DNA of 63,887 nt, the filler included, from Octopus bimaculoides (taxonomy: Eukaryota), in the NCBI RefSeq assembly GCF_001194135.2. It is 7 parts of 7 records of this genome, joined end to end, with 100 filler letters (N's around TTAATTAATTAA, not from the genome) between each part and the next. Parts side by side here need not be neighbours in the genome. Positions count along the whole stretch, not along the records: positions 61,084 to 62,525 come from NW_026421650.1; positions 62,626 to 63,887 come from NW_026424883.1; 5 more parts are not named here. One strand, 5' to 3'. Below are positions 61,084 through 63,887 of the stretch, piece by piece (positions within the stretch are counted from its first letter, which is position 1; every line of letters begins with the position of its first letter). The notes below the pieces were generated by a model. That model was given only the letters and a program-made list of their open reading frames with translations. It was not told where the DNA came from and did not search any database. The translations under genes and the position numbers were made by a program.

Positions 61084-62525
61084 TTTCGGGATCTAGAGAA
61101 GTTTCTCAGTACATCACATTTTTTAGTTGTGCTAGGAGACTTCAACACAATTTGCGAGGCACGTGTAGATTATGTTGGCTCAAATACTACTAGAAAAGGT
61201 AATTCTTGCTTCCTGGATCTGCTAAGTCGCTTTGAGCTGGCAGACCCTTATAGGTTGGAATTTCCGAACGCTCCAATGTGGACTTGGTCAAGTAGCGACG
61301 GATCTTCCAGGTCATACATAGATAGAGTGTTAATTAGAAAAGTAGATAGAAATATAGCTAAGTGTCCACAGTTTTACCCAGTCAGCTACAGTGATCATAA
61401 AATGATCACTTGTAGGCTCGACCTAGATAAGCGATATACTAGAGGCTCCGGCTACTTGAAACTTAATACGTCCCTTTTGGCGATTAAGGAGTACAGAGAT
61501 CGGATTAGTTTGTTGATTCAGAGGGCATTAACCAGCGCCATTATTAATAATAAATGGTGGTATGCCCTCAAACGAGCCATTAAATTTGAGTCTGGATGGT
61601 TTACCCTACGAGTTGTACAAAAGTATGCCAGACTTGTTTGGGCACCTACTGGCAAATGTCTACGCGAACTGGCAGCAGAATGGGTTTATTCCCAGATCTG
61701 TACGCCGGGGGGGTGGTGACACTTGTCAGAAAGGACCCGAACAAGGGGGATTCCATTGATAATTTTCGGCCCATCACTCTGCTAAACGCAGAGTTAAAGA
61801 TTTTGGCCAAAGTGTTATCGAAAAGATTGTCGCGGATGGTCTGATCGGGGAGGCATAGACATGTGCCGTTCCCGGCAGAACCATCCAGGATAATCTCCAT
61901 CTTACACGATACACTTTAGAAGGGTTTAATAATGATGCTGGCAAGGGTGGGGCACTGGTCCATTTAGATCAATCTAAGGCATTCGATAGGGTTGACCATC
62001 GCTACCTGGTGTCCATTCTGGCACAGTTCGGTCTGGGTTTTGGTTTTCTCAGGTGGATCATCGAGATTTACGACAACATCGACTCGGTAGTTCGGGTGAA
62101 CGGCTTCTTATCGAAGCCGTTCAACATCAAACGCTCGGTTCGTCAAGGGTGTCCGCTCTCCCTGATTTTGTATGTGATGGCCCTCGAACCATTACTGCGA
62201 AAATTGAGCAGCATCCCGAGACCGCCAGGTTGTGGAAAATCGGTTTCTGCTTACGCGGATGACATCACTATCATCGTAACCGAAATGGACCACCTACGGT
62301 TAGTAGGCAAGGCCATAGAGGTTTACGAGACGGTGGCAGGAGCAAAAGTTAATCGTGAAAAGTCAGTCGGCTTGCAGCTCGGCACCTGGAGAGGCAAGTC
62401 GATGCCTCCTGATAGCGTCGTGGGACGTTGGACGGAGGGCCCGATTAAGTTGCTAGGAGTTTGGTTTGGACCAGACCTTCAAATAGAGAAGAACTGGGCC
62501 GAGGTAACGAGCAGGGTGACCCACA
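61084..62525 (+). mobile_element. L1/Tx1-clade ORF2 (APE C-terminal part and RT), frameshifted, with internal deletion near 61590
   Basis: LGDFN...WTWSSSDGSSRSYIDRVL...SYSDHKM; (S)LDGLPYE; NFRPITLLNAELKILAKVL; DQSKAFDRVDH; RSVRQGCPLS...SAYADD. Bounded by assembly gaps on both sides. Confidence 0.9.
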
Positions 62526-62683
62526 NNNNNNNNNNNNNNNNNNNNNNNNNNNNNNNNNNNNNNNNNNNNTTAATTAATTAANNNNNNNNNNNNNNNNNNN
62601 NNNNNNNNNNNNNNNNNNNNNNNNNTTATATTAACAATCGAGGTTACAAATAAACAGTACATTAGGAATTTGGGAATAAACAG

Positions 62684-62815
62684 AAACTTACAGCTGTTTC
62701 GGCCTAGCATTGGCATGCCCCATTCTATCCAAATAGCTCCTGCCAGAGTAATTAGCAGATGAAATGCTGAAATCGGGGTACATGCATGATCCGCTAGGCC
62801 TCTTCAGAGATTTAC
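62684..62815 (-). ncRNA. Minimal type-I hammerhead ribozyme, complete core
   Basis: Minus strand: AAAUCU-CUGAAGA-GGCCUAGC-(about 84 nt)-GCUAGGCC-GAAA-C-AGCU-GUA|AGUUU. Perfect 8-bp stem II and palindromic ACAGCUGU. Predicted cut between 62689 and 62688. Confidence 0.8.
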
Positions 62816-63336
62816 AAAAATTCAACACAAATATAAAATAAAAAATAAATAATAAAAATAAGAGTAAAATAGAAATGAAAATAAGAATACAGTAAAAATA
62901 AAATAAATAAATGAAAAATGAAAATATAAAAATATAAGGCACATAAAAAGCCTATAAACAGTATATAAGGTCATACAAATAGTTATAGACACTCCAATAC
63001 ACATGTTTGTGTCTGTGTTCATAACCATACTTGGATATCAAAGGATTCAAAAGCATATATATATGTGAGTACATATGTGTGTCCAGATGTACATCACTAG
63101 TCACCGCTACCACATTTGAGGGGGAATATACATATATATATATATATCTATCCCCTCACACATACGCACACATATATGTATACATAGACAATCCCATATG
63201 TACATGGTCCCTGGCACCAATGTTATTCGTTGTGTTTTGAAGGCTGAGTGCGTGCGTGTCAGTTCTTTCTCTCCAGAGAAGTTAGTATTAATAACTCCAG
63301 CACGACCGCACTCACTTGGCTGATACACATAAATGA

Positions 63337-63387
<51 letters not shown>

Positions 63388-63394
63388 TATATAT

Positions 63395-63610
63395 ATATTT
63401 TAACTGAGTATTCAGTTAAAATATGCGTTTTACTCCATTTACTAAATTTATATATACTCAAGTACCTAAAATAACAAGGAGTTTCTACCTCATAAACAGG
63501 AGTTACATCACAGTCATTTTGTGATCTTTGCTACCCTGGTATCTATTAACCAATTTATTTTGTCCGAGTTAATTATTAAACTAGGAGAAAAAAAATACAT
63601 ATAATAAAAT
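63395..63610 (+). mobile_element. PLE pseudo-LTR 3' fragment with a 13-bp 5' foldback
   Basis: atattttaactga-gtat-tcagttaaaatat (63395-63424), then tgcgttttactcc...ggagtttctacc...tgtgatctttgctaccctggta, homologous to 29559-29735 and to the reverse complement of 1604-1775. Confidence 0.7.
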
Positions 63611-63887
63611 ATCTACTTTAGGACTTATTGCGGTGAAATCTCTTGCTATATTGGTAACGATTACATGTTTTTCTCATCATCAAATTTTATCGCTCCTTCC
63701 TTTAAAATTACGATTTAAGCTTAGCCGTCTTTCTTTCAACTATGCCTCTGATATAGCATTTTGTACAATTTCATCCTAAATTCACACTTATTTATTTTAT
63801 TCTCTTTACTTAAGTTTTATCGTTCCTTTAAACTTATGATTTAAGCGTTGCTGTCTCTCAAATATGTTTAAGCATTTAAAACCTACG

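Noticed and set aside
825-63388. Most six-frame ORFs (poly-YI, HT, VC, LS, N, Y, D and X-runs)
   Set aside because: They are translations of microsatellites or N gaps, with no domain motifs.

Overview
AT-rich, microsatellite-saturated eukaryotic draft-scaffold DNA, most likely a coleoid cephalopod such as Octopus (inferred from the repeat landscape). It has many N gaps and six artificial 100-bp N44-TTAATTAATTAA-N44 joins. I recognise no intact host protein-coding gene; almost all listed ORFs are microsatellite or N-run artefacts. The window is a transposon graveyard: two CR1-group LINEs (one with ORF1, endonuclease and RT), RTE LINE pieces, two L1/Tx1 pieces, four R4/Dong-type fragments beside (TAA)n, Penelope-like element (PLE) RT and GIY-YIG fragments, a Merlin (IS1595-like) transposase, Helitron remnants, two foldback/MITE-like elements and about 20 copies of three tRNA-derived SINE families. 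Two signals stand out. (1) A dense set of minimal type-I hammerhead ribozyme motifs in PLE-type terminal repeats: two with a complete core (1790-1885 and 62684-62815, minus strand), several decayed, and a short non-coding family with a variant CUGUYGA-A core that occurs as a tandem pair 201 nt apart (retrozyme-like). (2) A roughly 40-nt 3' tail shared by the CR1 LINEs and one SINE family, with compensatory base changes in its hairpin. All folds and alignments were done by eye and need computational and biochemical confirmation.
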